This document shows positions 18,457-28,589 of a DNA stretch of 57,809 bases, one piece after another. The DNA comes from Chloroflexota bacterium (lineage in GTDB: Bacteria; Chloroflexota; Anaerolineae; B4-G1; SLSP01): contig JAKQHY010000096.1 in NCBI GenBank assembly GCA_029555965.1, forward strand, positions 1-57,809, written 5' to 3'. A model generated the notes under the pieces. It saw only the letters and a list, made by a program, of their open reading frames with translations. It did not search any database and was not told the origin of the DNA. Made by a program: the position numbers and the translations under genes. How positions within the stretch are numbered: the stretch's first letter is position 1; each line of letters begins with the position of its first letter.

Positions 18457-19656
18457 TCAGTTATGTAAAGAAGCCCTGCCTGTTGCTCTCTGCGCACGGT
18501 GCGGTGAAATTCCGTTTGCTTGCCTGCTCCCTGAGTGATTCGCTGCAAGTTCCCATAACTTGCGGGCAATAAACTCCGTTGCCTCCGGGCGCGCCAGGGA
18601 AGCTGCCCGAGCGGCCATCTCCGCGCGCGCCTGGGGCCGCGACAAGAGGGACAACACCGCCTCCGCCGCCTGCTCCGGGCGCGGCGCCCACAAACCGGCG
18701 CCGCGCTCCACCACATACGCGACGTTCCCGGCCTCTTGCCCCGGCACCGCTGCATAAAACACCATCGGCAGTCCAACGATAAAGGCTTCGGCCAACGTAT
18801 TGGGGCCGGCCTTGGTGACAAGAAGGTCGGCGGCCCGCATCCAACTCGCCATATCGGAAACGAAGCCCTCCACTTGCAACGGCCCCGGTAAAGCACGCAA
18901 CACGGTTGCCAACGCCTGATTCCGCCCGGCAATCACAACCAGATGGGCTGGTGGACAACGCGCAACCAGCGACTTGACGACAGCCGCCAACGGCCCCAAA
19001 CCATCACCGCCGCCCACGAGCAAGATCACCGGCGTCTCCTGTGGCAGGCCCAGGTGCGCCCGGGCGGCCGCGCGCGGCCACGCGGCCGCCTCCATAAACG
19101 CCCGCCGCGTGGGCATGCCGGCAACCTGCACCCGGTCAATAGGGACGCCACAGCGCAAAGCGCGCGCGCGCGCGGCGTCCGTCGGCGTCAGGATCAATTC
19201 GGCATCACACGTGAACCATGCCGCATGAGCAGAGAGGAGATCTAACACCACCACCGCCAACGGTTGCGACAACCCCAAATGTCGCCGCGCCAGCGTCAAC
19301 GCATAGTTGGGCACGGCATGAAAGGAGACAATCACATCCGCCGGGTGTTGGCGCAGCAAGCGGTGCAACGCCCCACGCCCATAGAGCCAACCCCACCACG
19401 ACACCAGCCGGACCACAGCGCTATGATCTGAAAGGTAAAATCCCAGCTTCCAGGGGATGCCATTCAGCCCGACCATCGCGGGATACCACGCCGGAAAGCG
19501 ATCAAACGGCCATCGGCGCAGCGCAGTCAGAACATCAATCATCGCAATGGCCGCGCCGCTGCCATAGACACGCATCAGTTCATCCCTGACTGCCTGCGCC
19601 GCCGCGCGATGCCCGCCGCCGGTATCCGAGAAGAGGAACAGGAATTTGCGCTGCAC
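18457..19656 (-). CDS. Monogalactosyldiacylglycerol (MGDG) synthase-family (GT28-like) diacylglycerol glycosyltransferase
   Basis: N-terminal FLFSDTGGGHRAAAQAV matches the MGDG-synthase N-terminal motif. A C-terminal GT-B domain is present. Confidence 0.75.
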   Translation of the reverse strand: MQRKFLFLFSDTGGGHRAAAQAVRDELMRVYGSGAAIAMIDVLTALRRWPFDRFPAWYPAMVGLNGIPWKLGFYLSDHSAVVRLVSWWGWLYGRGALHRLLRQHPADVIVSFHAVPNYALTLARRHLGLSQPLAVVVLDLLSAHAAWFTCDAELILTPTDAARARALRCGVPIDRVQVAGMPTRRAFMEAAAWPRAAARAHLGLPQETPVILLVGGGDGLGPLAAVVKSLVARCPPAHLVVIAGRNQALATVLRALPGPLQVEGFVSDMASWMRAADLLVTKAGPNTLAEAFIVGLPMVFYAAVPGQEAGNVAYVVERGAGLWAPRPEQAAEAVLSLLSRPQARAEMAARAASLARPEATEFIARKLWELAANHSGSRQANGISPHRAQRATGRASLHN

Positions 19657-19728
19657 AGTATGTCTTTCCAGAGCGCCGATCCGCGCCTACGCAACGTGAG
19701 GGCCTGCCTGCGCCGCCCTCACATTTTG

Positions 19729-19962
19729 TCAATTATGGGGCAAATCAAGGTCCGGGGTTTCTTCGGCGCGGGAGATGAAGCGCTTAATCTGCATTTCAAA
19801 ACGACTGCGCGGCGTCAAGATGTAGCGGCGGCATGTCAGACACTCGGCGCCAATGTCCGCGCCAACCCGCGAGATGCGCCAAAGTTTCCCGCCGCACGGA
19901 TGCGGCTTGCGCAACTCCACCACGTCACCGACCGCCAAAGGCAAAGGAGCGCGCGGCGCCAT
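19729..19962 (-). CDS. DUF951 family protein
   Basis: 77 aa, with [37 protein letters not shown] matching the DUF951 zinc-ribbon-like signature. Confidence 0.7.
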   Translation of the reverse strand: MAPRAPLPLAVGDVVELRKPHPCGGKLWRISRVGADIGAECLTCRRYILTPRSRFEMQIKRFISRAEETPDLDLPHN

Positions 19963-20691
19963 TCAGCCTCCCCAAACCAGCAACGCCGCGCCCGCGCCAA
20001 ACGTGAACAGAACCCCCAACCACTCACGGGGGCCAACCGGCAACCGCTCAAGCGCCGGAGAAAAACCGTCATACTCATAACGAGGGCACAAAGCCCAGCC
20101 GAGCAGCAAACCGCCCAACAATCCGCCGAAGTGCCCCCAGAAACTGATGTGGGGTGTAAGGCCAATCAGCACATTGATCGCCGCCATCTTCAACATTTCG
20201 GTCAAGTAATGCTGCCCCCCCACTAACAGCGTGCGGTAACGCCAGTAAAAGATCACCAGGGCGCCGAGCACCCCCATAATCGCACCGGATGCGCCCACTG
20301 TTTTTGAGTCTGGCGCGGCAAACAACGTCACCAGAACGCTCGAAGTCCACAACGCGCCAAAATAGACAACCAGGAAGCGTCGGGCGTCGAAAAAATGCTC
20401 CAGAAGCGTCCCCAATCCCCGCAGCGCGTAGAGATTGAAGACGATGTGCATCACCCCGCCATGCAAAAATGCCGCCGTCAACAAGCGCCACCACTGACCA
20501 TCAACGGATACAGCCGCCGGAATTAACGCGCCATACCCATAGACCACCTCGCTCGATAAGAGCGTAGGGATGAACGCCGCCGCATTCAACCCAATGAGAA
20601 CGTAAGTTGCCCACGGTCTGGAAACTGGGAGAGCCAAGCGACGCGGCTCCGGCGGCAAAGGCGTATAATCATAATTCCCGTTCATCGTCAT
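19963..20691 (-). CDS. Rhomboid family intramembrane serine protease
   Basis: Six TM segments, catalytic GASGAIMG (Ser) and a downstream His (HLLGGLLLG region). The start overlaps the gmk stop (ATGA). Confidence 0.8.
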   Translation of the reverse strand: MTMNGNYDYTPLPPEPRRLALPVSRPWATYVLIGLNAAAFIPTLLSSEVVYGYGALIPAAVSVDGQWWRLLTAAFLHGGVMHIVFNLYALRGLGTLLEHFFDARRFLVVYFGALWTSSVLVTLFAAPDSKTVGASGAIMGVLGALVIFYWRYRTLLVGGQHYLTEMLKMAAINVLIGLTPHISFWGHFGGLLGGLLLGWALCPRYEYDGFSPALERLPVGPREWLGVLFTFGAGAALLVWGG

Positions 20692-21392
20692 AGTCTCACC
20701 TGACGCGGATGCACGCGGCTATGTTCGGCGACAATGATCGCCAAAATTTGCTGCACAGCCTCATCAAGCGCCCCTTCCCGATTGATCACCACATAATCAA
20801 ACTCGGCCATGCGCGCCATCTCTTCGTGGGCCATACGAATGCGTTCTTGCAATTGCGCTTCAGAGTCCGTGCGGCGGCGGCGCAGCCGCGCGAGCAATTC
20901 CTCCTCCGAGTCCGCGCTCAGGAAAACCAACACCGCTTCCGGGGCCAGACGGCGCACGGTGGCGGCGCCCTGCACGTCCAGGCGCATGACGACATCTTTG
21001 CCACTGGCAAGAGCCTCGCGCACCTGCTGCTTGGGGATGCCCTTGTATTGCCCATAGACCAGCGCGTGCTCCAACAATTCATCCTGCGCGATCATGGCGT
21101 GAAACACTTCCTCTGAAAGGAAAAAATAATCCACGCCATCCACCTCATTGGGACGCGGAGAGCGCGAAGTGGCCGTGATGACAAAATGGAAAGGGACGCG
21201 CCGCGCCTGCAACTGCTGCACCACACTGTCCTTCCCCACCCCGGAAGGCCCGGAAATCACAATCAACAGAGGCGAATGACGCTTCGTGTATGGATCATGG
21301 AGAAAAGTTTCATCAGTCAATTTGTCCCACCTCCAAAGTGCGATTATAATCACCCAAGTATCGGTTGACAATCCGCAAATACTATACCACAT
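20688..21392 (-). CDS. gmk: Guanylate kinase
   Basis: P-loop SGPSGVGKDS plus the guanylate kinase core (TTR.PR..E.DG.DY.F). The start is uncertain: ATG at 21392 or TTG at 21320, and the longer ORF runs to 21548. Confidence 0.8.
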   Translation of the reverse strand: MWYSICGLSTDTWVIIIALWRWDKLTDETFLHDPYTKRHSPLLIVISGPSGVGKDSVVQQLQARRVPFHFVITATSRSPRPNEVDGVDYFFLSEEVFHAMIAQDELLEHALVYGQYKGIPKQQVREALASGKDVVMRLDVQGAATVRRLAPEAVLVFLSADSEEELLARLRRRRTDSEAQLQERIRMAHEEMARMAEFDYVVINREGALDEAVQQILAIIVAEHSRVHPRQVRL

Positions 21393-21412
21393 TTGAGCAG
21401 GAGATAAAAAAG

Positions 21413-21820
21413 ATGCCAATTTATGAGTATCGCTGTCAAAAATGCCGGCGACGGTTTTCCATCTTTTGGCGCACTTTTTCAGACGTAGATACGGCGCCGG
21501 TGACGTGTCAACACTGCGGCGCGGACACCGTGACCCGGATGGTCTCACGTATCCGGGTGCTCCGCTCCGAGGACAGCCGCATGGAAGACATGGCCGATCC
21601 CAGCGCCTGGGGCGGACTCGATGAAAGCGACCCCAAGAGCATGGGGCGGTTTATGCGCAAAATGGTCAATGAGATGGGCGACGAGGCCGGTGATCTGGGG
21701 CCGGAATTTGGCGAGGTCATTGACCGTCTGGAATCCGGCCAGGATCCCGATCAAATCGAAAAAGACATGCCCGATCTGGCCGGGGACGCCGGCGGCGGGC
21801 CTGGGGACCTCGACTTTTAA
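21413..21820 (+). CDS. FmdB family zinc-ribbon regulatory protein with an acidic C-terminal tail
   Basis: MPIYEYRCQKCRRRF...CQHCGA is the FmdB CxxC...CxxC signature. An AGGAG RBS lies 9 nt upstream of the ATG at 21413. Confidence 0.75.
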   Translation: MPIYEYRCQKCRRRFSIFWRTFSDVDTAPVTCQHCGADTVTRMVSRIRVLRSEDSRMEDMADPSAWGGLDESDPKSMGRFMRKMVNEMGDEAGDLGPEFGEVIDRLESGQDPDQIEKDMPDLAGDAGGGPGDLDF

Positions 21821-21821
21821 C

Positions 21822-22652
21822 ATGAGAGAGACGATGACGCCAGACACCCCTTCGCTGACAGGCCGCTGGGCGCTTATTCTGGGCGCCTCCAGTGGATTTG
21901 GCGCAGCAACAGCGCGCGCCCTGGCCCACGCCGGCATGAATATCTTCGGCGTTCACCTGGATCCACGCCGCACGATAGAGCGGGCAGAAGCCGTCATCGC
22001 CGACATCGAAGCCGCCGGCAGCCGCGCGGTCTTCTTCAACACCAACGCCGCCGATACACGCCGACGCGCGCGGGTGATCGCCCAGATTAAAACAACCCTG
22101 GCCGAGGCTCCGTTTACTACGATCCATTTGATGGTGCATACCCTGGCGTTCGGCAGTCTTCGCCCCTTGATCGCAGACGACCCGACCCAGGCCACCCAGG
22201 AAGATCAAATGGATATGACCCTCAAAGTAATGGCGCACAGTCTGGTCTATTGGACGCAAGAATTGGTCCGGGCGGCGTTGTTGGAATCCGGCAGTCGCAT
22301 CTATGCGATGAGCAGCCTTGGCGCACAGCGCGCGGCCGCGAACTATGGAGCCGTTTCCGCCGCCAAAGCCGCCCTGGAAGCGCATACCCGCCAACTGGCG
22401 CTGGAACTGGCCCCGCGCGGCATCGCGGTGAACTGCTTGTGCCCCGGCGTCGCCGACACTCCCGCCTTGCGCGCCATCCCAGGACACGAAGCGCTCATCG
22501 CACAAGTGCTGGCGCACCATCCCGCGCGGCGGCTGACCACGCCGGAGGACGTCGCCCAAACACTCGTCGCCCTGGCTGACCCACGCGTTACTTGGATTTC
22601 TGGTGTGGTGCTCCCCGTGGACGGCGGCGAAGCTATTGTCGGGGTCAGCTAA
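21822..22652 (+). CDS. Short-chain dehydrogenase/reductase (SDR)-fold oxidoreductase, enoyl-reductase-like (Y-x6-K active-site spacing, GASSGFG nucleotide loop reminiscent of FabV/FabL)
   Basis: The ATG at 21822 lies 1 nt after the FmdB stop. It has LILGASSGFGAATARALA and Y-GAVSAA-K motifs. Confidence 0.6.
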   Translation: MRETMTPDTPSLTGRWALILGASSGFGAATARALAHAGMNIFGVHLDPRRTIERAEAVIADIEAAGSRAVFFNTNAADTRRRARVIAQIKTTLAEAPFTTIHLMVHTLAFGSLRPLIADDPTQATQEDQMDMTLKVMAHSLVYWTQELVRAALLESGSRIYAMSSLGAQRAAANYGAVSAAKAALEAHTRQLALELAPRGIAVNCLCPGVADTPALRAIPGHEALIAQVLAHHPARRLTTPEDVAQTLVALADPRVTWISGVVLPVDGGEAIVGVS

Positions 22653-22668
22653 ACCATTCCCGCAAGGT

Positions 22669-22696
22669 TTGACATTATCGGTCGGTATGATAAAAT
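22669..22696 (+). promoter_or_regulatory. Candidate rpsA promoter TTGACA-16-TAAAAT
   Basis: Seen in sequence ~75 nt upstream of the rpsA start. Confidence 0.5.
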
Positions 22697-22772
22697 ACTT
22701 GAAATTTCAATGAGCTACCCAACTTGCAGAACAAAAAAGGCGCTGCAATAGAGGTAGAAAGAGGAGCTGGAA

Positions 22773-24077
22773 GTGGAAGAACGAATGGCTACCCCAACTG
22801 AGCCAACCACCATGGAACATTGGGAGGATGAACTCGAAGAGACATTAGCAGGGAGTGAACTGCGGCGTGGTGAGCTGCGCGAAGGGATCATTATTGACCA
22901 AAAGGAAACCGGCCTGGTTGTCGGCATCGGCACCAAGCGGGATGGGTTTGTACCGAAGGAAGATTTAGAAAAAATCAAAGAACAAACCTTTACCATTGGA
23001 CAGGCGGTTAATGTAATCGTCACAAAGTTCCGCGATTCGGACGGCAACGTTGAACTCTCCATCTCGCAGGCGATGCTGCAAGAGGATTGGATCAAGGCTG
23101 AAAAGATCAAGGAAGAAGAAACGATTTACGAATCCAAGGTCCTGGCTGCCAACCGGGGCGGGCTGACCGTCGAGTTTGGTCGCCTGCGGGGTTTCATTCC
23201 TATGTCCCAATTGATTGGGTTCTCACGCATTCGTCAAGCGACCGAGCGGCAACGCCGCTTAGAGGCGTTGGTGGGGCAAACACTGATGCTCAAGGTGATC
23301 GAAGTCAATCGGCGCCGACGCCGGCTGATCCTTTCCCAGCAAGCCGCGGCCAAAGAGTGGCGCGCAGAACGTCGCAAAAAGCTTTTGACCGATCTCGCCC
23401 CGGGGCAGGTGCATCGTGGACGTATCAGCCAGATTACCGAATTTGGACTGTTTGTTAATCTCGGCGGGTTAGACGGGTTAGTCCATATTTCTGAGTTGTC
23501 GTGGGGGCGCATTGAAGACCCCAAGCAGGTCTACCACGAAGGACAGCGCGTCAAGGTCAAGATCTTAAGTGTGGATCGCGAGCGCCAACGCATCGCCCTG
23601 AGCATCAAGGCGTTGACGCCAGATCCATGGGAAACTGCCCCGCAACGCTACCTGGAAGGGCAATTGGTGGAAGGCACCGTCAGCCAGGTGGTGGACTTCG
23701 GCGCGTTCATTGAGTTAGAACCTGGTGTTGAAGGGTTGCTCCACAATTCAGAATTGAGCGACGTGGAACAGCGCGACGAGTTGGAACCCCCTAAACGTAT
23801 TTTGGTGAAGGTCATCCGGGTAGAACCAGAGCGGCGTCGTATCGGGTTAAGTGTGCGCCAGGTACGTCGGCAAGAGTGGGAAGAATGGGTGGTTGACCAT
23901 GCCGCCACCCCGGCTTCAAGCCCAACATCACCAGAAGAAGATTTCGACGACACTGACGATATGGACATTGACGACTTGGATGCCATCAATGATATCGAAT
24001 TTGAGGCTGCCGAAGTACCGGATGCCGAAGTGGTTGAAGCGGAGGACAGCGAAGAAGCCGTAACGACTGAAGAATGA
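22773..24077 (+). CDS. rpsA: 30S ribosomal protein S1
   Basis: Four S1 domains and an acidic C-terminal tail. A GAGGAG RBS lies 6 nt before the GTG at 22773 (alternative ATG at 22785). Confidence 0.85.
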   Translation: MEERMATPTEPTTMEHWEDELEETLAGSELRRGELREGIIIDQKETGLVVGIGTKRDGFVPKEDLEKIKEQTFTIGQAVNVIVTKFRDSDGNVELSISQAMLQEDWIKAEKIKEEETIYESKVLAANRGGLTVEFGRLRGFIPMSQLIGFSRIRQATERQRRLEALVGQTLMLKVIEVNRRRRRLILSQQAAAKEWRAERRKKLLTDLAPGQVHRGRISQITEFGLFVNLGGLDGLVHISELSWGRIEDPKQVYHEGQRVKVKILSVDRERQRIALSIKALTPDPWETAPQRYLEGQLVEGTVSQVVDFGAFIELEPGVEGLLHNSELSDVEQRDELEPPKRILVKVIRVEPERRRIGLSVRQVRRQEWEEWVVDHAATPASSPTSPEEDFDDTDDMDIDDLDAINDIEFEAAEVPDAEVVEAEDSEEAVTTEE

Positions 24078-24096
24078 GAAAAGGGGAAAGAACTGG

Positions 24097-24345
24097 ATGA
24101 GTAAGGAAGACAAGATCGGCGTAGAAGGCACTGTAGTAGAAGCATTACCGGGGACACAATTTCGTATTGAGTTGGATACCGGGCATCAGGTCTTAGCTTA
24201 CTTATCCGGCAAAATGCGCAAATACTACATTCGTATTTTATTGGGAGATCGGGTGCGCGTAGAACTCTCCCCCTATGACCTCAGCCGCGGACGTATCGTG
24301 TATCGTTATAAGAAACGTGCGGGTGAAGTGGAAATCGAAGAATGA
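24097..24345 (+). CDS. infA: Translation initiation factor IF-1 (with a short acidic C-terminal extension)
   Basis: [68 protein letters not shown] matches IF-1 closely. Confidence 0.9.
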   Translation: MSKEDKIGVEGTVVEALPGTQFRIELDTGHQVLAYLSGKMRKYYIRILLGDRVRVELSPYDLSRGRIVYRYKKRAGEVEIEE

Positions 24346-24349
24346 AAGC

Positions 24350-24379
24350 AAGTCGCCCGGCCTTTTGGCCGGGCGACTT
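24350..24379. terminator. Bidirectional intrinsic terminator between infA and prmA
   Basis: Perfect hairpin AAGTCGCCCGGCC-TTTT-GGCCGGGCGACTT followed by a T-rich stretch. Confidence 0.75.
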
Positions 24380-24396
24380 GCTTATTGCAGCTACCC

Positions 24397-25311
24397 TTAC
24401 TGCGCACCGGACAAACCAGGAGGCACGCCATAGACGCGCTTGGCAATCAATGCCGCCCAATCACCGCTCTGCTGCTGCGCTGTAACCAAAAGCCCGACTG
24501 TCTCCAAAGCGGCTTTGACTTCGTCCACCTGCTCCACCAGAATACCGGAGACCACCAAGATTCCGCCAGGTCGGACGCGCGTCGCCAGACCAGAATGCGC
24601 CATCTCCATAATGACGGGTGCCAGGATATTTGCCAGCACGAGATCGTAGGCGCCGCTGACTGTATCGAGCGAGCCGTGCAGCACACGCATCACATGCGCC
24701 ACATCATTGGCGCGGGCGTTGCGCCGGGCGGCAATCACGGCGTTAATGTCTGTGTCCACAGCAACGACTTCCGCCGCGCCCAGCTTGGCCGCCACCAACC
24801 CCAAAATCCCCGTGCCGGCGCCGAGGTCCAACACGCGCATCGGCGGCGTCGTCAAAGTTTCCACCGCTTGGACGCATAATTGCGTGGTCGGATGCAAGCC
24901 GGTGCCAAACGCCATACCGGGGTCCATCTCCAGTACGACGTCGTTTTGCCGGAGCACATAGTCACGCCAGGAAGGTTTGATGACAATATGCTGTCCCAGA
25001 TGCAATACGGGAATGGTCTCTTTCCAGCCGGCCGTCCAATCCTGGTCCGCAATGGCGGTAAACACCGGTTCGGGGATCACCGGCCAGATACAGCTCAAAT
25101 GCCACAGCGCCTCCTCCACACTGCGCCGGCGCGTCTCGATGTCCTCATCCACCGCCAGGTAGGCCTTCACCGTGACCAAGCTCTCGATGGAAGGCGCCCC
25201 TTCCCCCAAATCAATCGCCACACCCTGTGGCGCATAACGACTTAACACCTCGGCCACAGCCTCGGCGGCCTCCTGAACCACAGCAACGCTGACTTCCAAC
25301 CATTCCATCAT
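24397..25311 (-). CDS. prmA: Ribosomal protein L11 methyltransferase
   Basis: PrmA N-terminal domain plus the S-adenosylmethionine (SAM)-binding motif VLDLGAGTGILG. Confidence 0.85.
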   Translation of the reverse strand: MMEWLEVSVAVVQEAAEAVAEVLSRYAPQGVAIDLGEGAPSIESLVTVKAYLAVDEDIETRRRSVEEALWHLSCIWPVIPEPVFTAIADQDWTAGWKETIPVLHLGQHIVIKPSWRDYVLRQNDVVLEMDPGMAFGTGLHPTTQLCVQAVETLTTPPMRVLDLGAGTGILGLVAAKLGAAEVVAVDTDINAVIAARRNARANDVAHVMRVLHGSLDTVSGAYDLVLANILAPVIMEMAHSGLATRVRPGGILVVSGILVEQVDEVKAALETVGLLVTAQQQSGDWAALIAKRVYGVPPGLSGAQ

Positions 25312-25313
25312 AG

Positions 25314-26438
25314 TTACAGCCCCAGGGCCTCTTTGACACGGTCCACAAATGTCTGCTTGTCCTGCACAATGCTCTCACTGCCCAGGGTTTTCGCCAGCTC
25401 CTGGAAAAGTTCGCGTTGCCGCGCCGACAAATGGGTGGGAACGCTGACTTGCACCACCACCAATTGATCGCCCCGGCCATTGCTGCGCAAATGCGGGACG
25501 CCCAACCCGCGCAGGCGGAATATAGCACCCGCTTGCGTGCCGGTCGGGATCGTGATCTCACGCTCGCCATCCAGGGTGGGAATCTTTATGACGCCCCCCA
25601 AAGCTGCCTGGGATATGTTAATCTGGACTTCCAGGATAATGTCATTGCCCCGTCGCTTAAAATAGGCATGAGGTTTCACACTTAGGTTGATGTAAAGATT
25701 ACCGCCCGGTCCCCCCAGTTCGCCAGGCTCGCCCTGACCAGCCAAGCGCACCGTAAGTCCTTCGTCCACGCCGGGCGGAATCGTCACATTGATCGTGCGC
25801 TGCGCATAGACGCGCCCGCTGCCATTGCACTCATGACATGGGTTGCGCACAATCGTTCCCTTGCCATTGCAGGTGGGGCAAGTGGTGATATTCACAAACG
25901 AACCTAACAGAGTGCGCTGCGCGCGACGCACCTGTCCCGCTCCCTCACATTCCGGGCACTTTTCCGGGCGCGCCCCGGCGCCGGAGCCAGAGCCATGACA
26001 GGAGGGACAGGCTTCCTGGCGACGCACCGCGAGTTCTTTTTCCACCCCAAACACCGCTTCTTCAAATGATAATTCGAGATCTACGCGGAGATCATTGCCG
26101 CGACGCGGCCCGGCGCGGGTTCCACGCCCAAACCCGCCAAAACCGCCCATATTGCCGAAAACTTCGGCGAACAAGTCAAACGGATCGCGCATCCCGCCAA
26201 AATCGAAGCCCCCTAACCCCGGCGGGCCATCTACGCCATACCGATCATACATCGCCCGCTTTTCAGGGTCGGAAAGCATCTCGTAGGCGGCATTCACCTC
26301 TTTGAAACGTTCCTCAGCATCCGGCTCGGAATTGACATCCGGGTGATATTTGCGCGCCAGTTGCCGGTACGCGCGCTTGATGTCTTCCTGACTGGCATCC
26401 TTAGGGACACCTAACACTTCGTAATACTCTCTATCCAT
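25314..26438 (-). CDS. dnaJ: Chaperone DnaJ
   Basis: J-domain with HPD (YHPDVN), a G/F region, four CxxCxGxG zinc-finger repeats, and a C-terminal domain. Confidence 0.95.
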   Translation of the reverse strand: MDREYYEVLGVPKDASQEDIKRAYRQLARKYHPDVNSEPDAEERFKEVNAAYEMLSDPEKRAMYDRYGVDGPPGLGGFDFGGMRDPFDLFAEVFGNMGGFGGFGRGTRAGPRRGNDLRVDLELSFEEAVFGVEKELAVRRQEACPSCHGSGSGAGARPEKCPECEGAGQVRRAQRTLLGSFVNITTCPTCNGKGTIVRNPCHECNGSGRVYAQRTINVTIPPGVDEGLTVRLAGQGEPGELGGPGGNLYINLSVKPHAYFKRRGNDIILEVQINISQAALGGVIKIPTLDGEREITIPTGTQAGAIFRLRGLGVPHLRSNGRGDQLVVVQVSVPTHLSARQRELFQELAKTLGSESIVQDKQTFVDRVKEALGL

Positions 26439-27168
26439 TCTGTCCCTCAGTCTCGGTCGGGTTCACAGATTCAGTGGGGGCTTCCGCTACGGTCGCCTCC
26501 TCAGATTCAGCCATCTCCTCCGTTTCGTCAGGTATAACGGTCGGCTCGACCGGCGGCGCGGGGGATTTGGCGACGACCACCATAGAGGGGCGCAGGACCC
26601 GGTCGCCCAGGATATAGCCTTGCTCCACTTCAGTGATGATTTGGCCCTCGGTATATCCAGCAAGTTCTTGATGAAGAATCGCCTGATGAAATAGCGGATC
26701 GAAAGAATCACCCGGCTTTACGACAATTGGTTTGACATCCTCGATCTCCAAAAGCGCGGCGACTTTACGCTGGATCAGCGCGATTCCCTCGATCCAGGCA
26801 TTCCCCCGCAAATCGGTCGGGAGTGCTTGAAACGCCCGCCGAAAATCATCCATGACCGGCAGCAGGCGAGTCAACAACGCGGCGTTGGCAACTTTACGCA
26901 TGGTGCTCTGCTCAGCCTCCATACGTTTGCGGAAATTGGCAAAAGCGGCCTGCGAACGCTGGAAACTGTCCAGGTACTCGGCAGCACTTTGTTCGGCTTC
27001 GGCCAACCGCGCCGCCAGTTCGGACAATTGTCCGTCCACAGCCGCAGCGGCCGATCCGGGCGCACTTGCGGCCTCTGCCGGCGGCGTGACGTTTTCATCA
27101 GTGGAAACTGAGGGGGTATCGGCTGTGTCTACGGTCAATTCAGCTTCTCTGGAATTTGCATCTTTCAT
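26431..27168 (-). CDS. grpE: Nucleotide exchange factor GrpE
   Basis: GrpE signature FANFRKR...LLPVMDDF. ATG at 27168 with a GGAGGAA RBS. Overlaps dnaJ by 8 bp. Confidence 0.9.
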   Translation of the reverse strand: MKDANSREAELTVDTADTPSVSTDENVTPPAEAASAPGSAAAAVDGQLSELAARLAEAEQSAAEYLDSFQRSQAAFANFRKRMEAEQSTMRKVANAALLTRLLPVMDDFRRAFQALPTDLRGNAWIEGIALIQRKVAALLEIEDVKPIVVKPGDSFDPLFHQAILHQELAGYTEGQIITEVEQGYILGDRVLRPSMVVVAKSPAPPVEPTVIPDETEEMAESEEATVAEAPTESVNPTETEGQNG

Positions 27169-27219
27169 ATTGAATTCCTCCAACAGGGCTTCTACCGCAA
27201 TATTTTTTATTTTTCTCTC

Positions 27220-28299
27220 TCACTCATCTAAACCGGGAATCGCAGTATGCACTCCCGGCTGGTACATTTCATAGACCAATTCGCCCAGCATGCTGGCGAC
27301 AAATCGCACCGCCGAGATGGTGCGCGCATACGCCATGCGGATCGGCCCAACCACCCCCAGGGCGCCGGTGGCGTAGTTGGCGACGCCATAACGCGCCAAC
27401 ACCAGGCTACACGCGCGCAATTCTTCCCAACGCCCCTCGCCGCCAATGAGCACTCTCACGCCCCCCACCCCCAAAGGAGTCAGTGTCTCTGAGAGTACGG
27501 TCTGCAACAAGGTCTGCTCCTCCAGCACCCGCACCACACCGGTCGAAGCGGCGTCACCCTCTGAAAATTCCGGTGCGCGTAACAGATCGGATAGACCATG
27601 ATGATAAATCTCATCCGAAGGGCCGGCCTCGGCATTGCGCATGGTCGAGCAGATTAGTTTGGCAATGTCAGCTTCCAAGGAAGGAAATTCCTGAATGTGC
27701 TGTTCGATTTGATCCGCGTACAGGCCGGCGCAGGCCTGATTCAAGCGATCCGCGGCCTCCCGCAACAGCGGTTGCGGCATCGGTTCATTGAGCGCCAGCA
27801 TCTGCTGTTCGACCGTGCCATCTTGCAGCACCAGCACCAACAACACGGCCCGGCCATGCGTAACAATCAACTCCAAGTGCTTATAGATGGGACGGAGCGT
27901 TCGAGGCGCGGTGACGACGGCCGCCCCGCGTGAAGAGCGCGCCAACACCGCCGCCGCCAGGGGCATCCAGGCCTCAATATGGTCACGCGCCTGGTGGAAC
28001 TGATGGGCAATCATCCGACGCTCCTGAAGCGGCAGGGATTGATCCGGCATCAGATACTCTACGAAATAGCGAAAGCCAGATTCCGTCGGGCGTCGCCCGG
28101 CAGAGGTATGCGGTTGCGACAAATAGCCCCGTTCCTCCAGGTAGGCCATTTCGTTGCGTACAGTGGCCGGGCTGAATTCAAGGCCGTAATTTTCCACCAG
28201 GGTCCGCGAGGCCACCGGAGAAGCCGTCTCCACATGTTCTCGGATGATGAGCTGCAACAGAAACTCCTGTCGCGGCGTCAAATCCCTGAGTTCAACCAT
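27220..28299 (-). CDS. hrcA: Heat-inducible transcription repressor HrcA
   Basis: N-terminal winged HTH (LTPRQEFLLQLIIREHVETASPVASRTL) and HrcA C-terminal domain. The CIRCE operator lies upstream. Confidence 0.9.
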   Translation of the reverse strand: MVELRDLTPRQEFLLQLIIREHVETASPVASRTLVENYGLEFSPATVRNEMAYLEERGYLSQPHTSAGRRPTESGFRYFVEYLMPDQSLPLQERRMIAHQFHQARDHIEAWMPLAAAVLARSSRGAAVVTAPRTLRPIYKHLELIVTHGRAVLLVLVLQDGTVEQQMLALNEPMPQPLLREAADRLNQACAGLYADQIEQHIQEFPSLEADIAKLICSTMRNAEAGPSDEIYHHGLSDLLRAPEFSEGDAASTGVVRVLEEQTLLQTVLSETLTPLGVGGVRVLIGGEGRWEELRACSLVLARYGVANYATGALGVVGPIRMAYARTISAVRFVASMLGELVYEMYQPGVHTAIPGLDE

Positions 28300-28422
28300 C
28301 TCTGTCTCCTATGCTCTGGAAGAAAATAGTCGCTAAAGTAACGGATCAAAGCCTCTATGTGAGGGGCCCCCCTGCGAAGCCCCCATGAACGCCTGGCCTT
28401 TAGAAGGGTTCCCTCAAGCGTG

Positions 28423-28449
28423 TTAGCACTCTCAATTAAGGAGTGCTAA
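28423..28449. promoter_or_regulatory. CIRCE operator (HrcA binding site), TTAGCACTC-N9-GAGTGCTAA
   Basis: Perfect consensus inverted repeat, TTAGCACTC tcaattaag GAGTGCTAA, ~125 bp upstream of the hrcA start. Confidence 0.9.
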
Positions 28450-28463
28450 AACCAACCACCCGA

Positions 28464-28492
28464 ATCATACCACGAAGGATAGGGGTGTCAAT
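28464..28492 (-). promoter_or_regulatory. Candidate sigma-A promoter of the hrcA operon (TTGACA-17-TATGAT), immediately upstream of CIRCE
   Basis: The minus strand reads TTGACA ...17 nt... TATGAT, ending ~14 nt before CIRCE. Confidence 0.55.
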
Positions 28493-28500
28493 CCATATTC

Positions 28501-28540
28501 ATACAAAACACAAGCCCGACGTTTCGTCAACGCCGGGCTT
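28501..28540 (-). terminator. Candidate intrinsic terminator downstream of the DUF3592 gene
   Basis: GC-rich hairpin (AAGCCCG...CGGGCTT) followed by TGTGTTTTGT on the minus strand. Confidence 0.45.
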
Positions 28541-28589
28541 TAGCATCAAGCTCCGATCAGTGAAATTCGCCAATTGGCAAAAGTAACGA

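Noticed and set aside
21365-21412. N-terminal extension (MTIRKYYTTFEQEIKK) of the FmdB-family gene
   Set aside because: An AGGAG RBS sits 9 nt before the internal ATG at 21413, and FmdB proteins canonically begin MPxYEYxC. The longer start would also overlap the divergent gmk 5' region.
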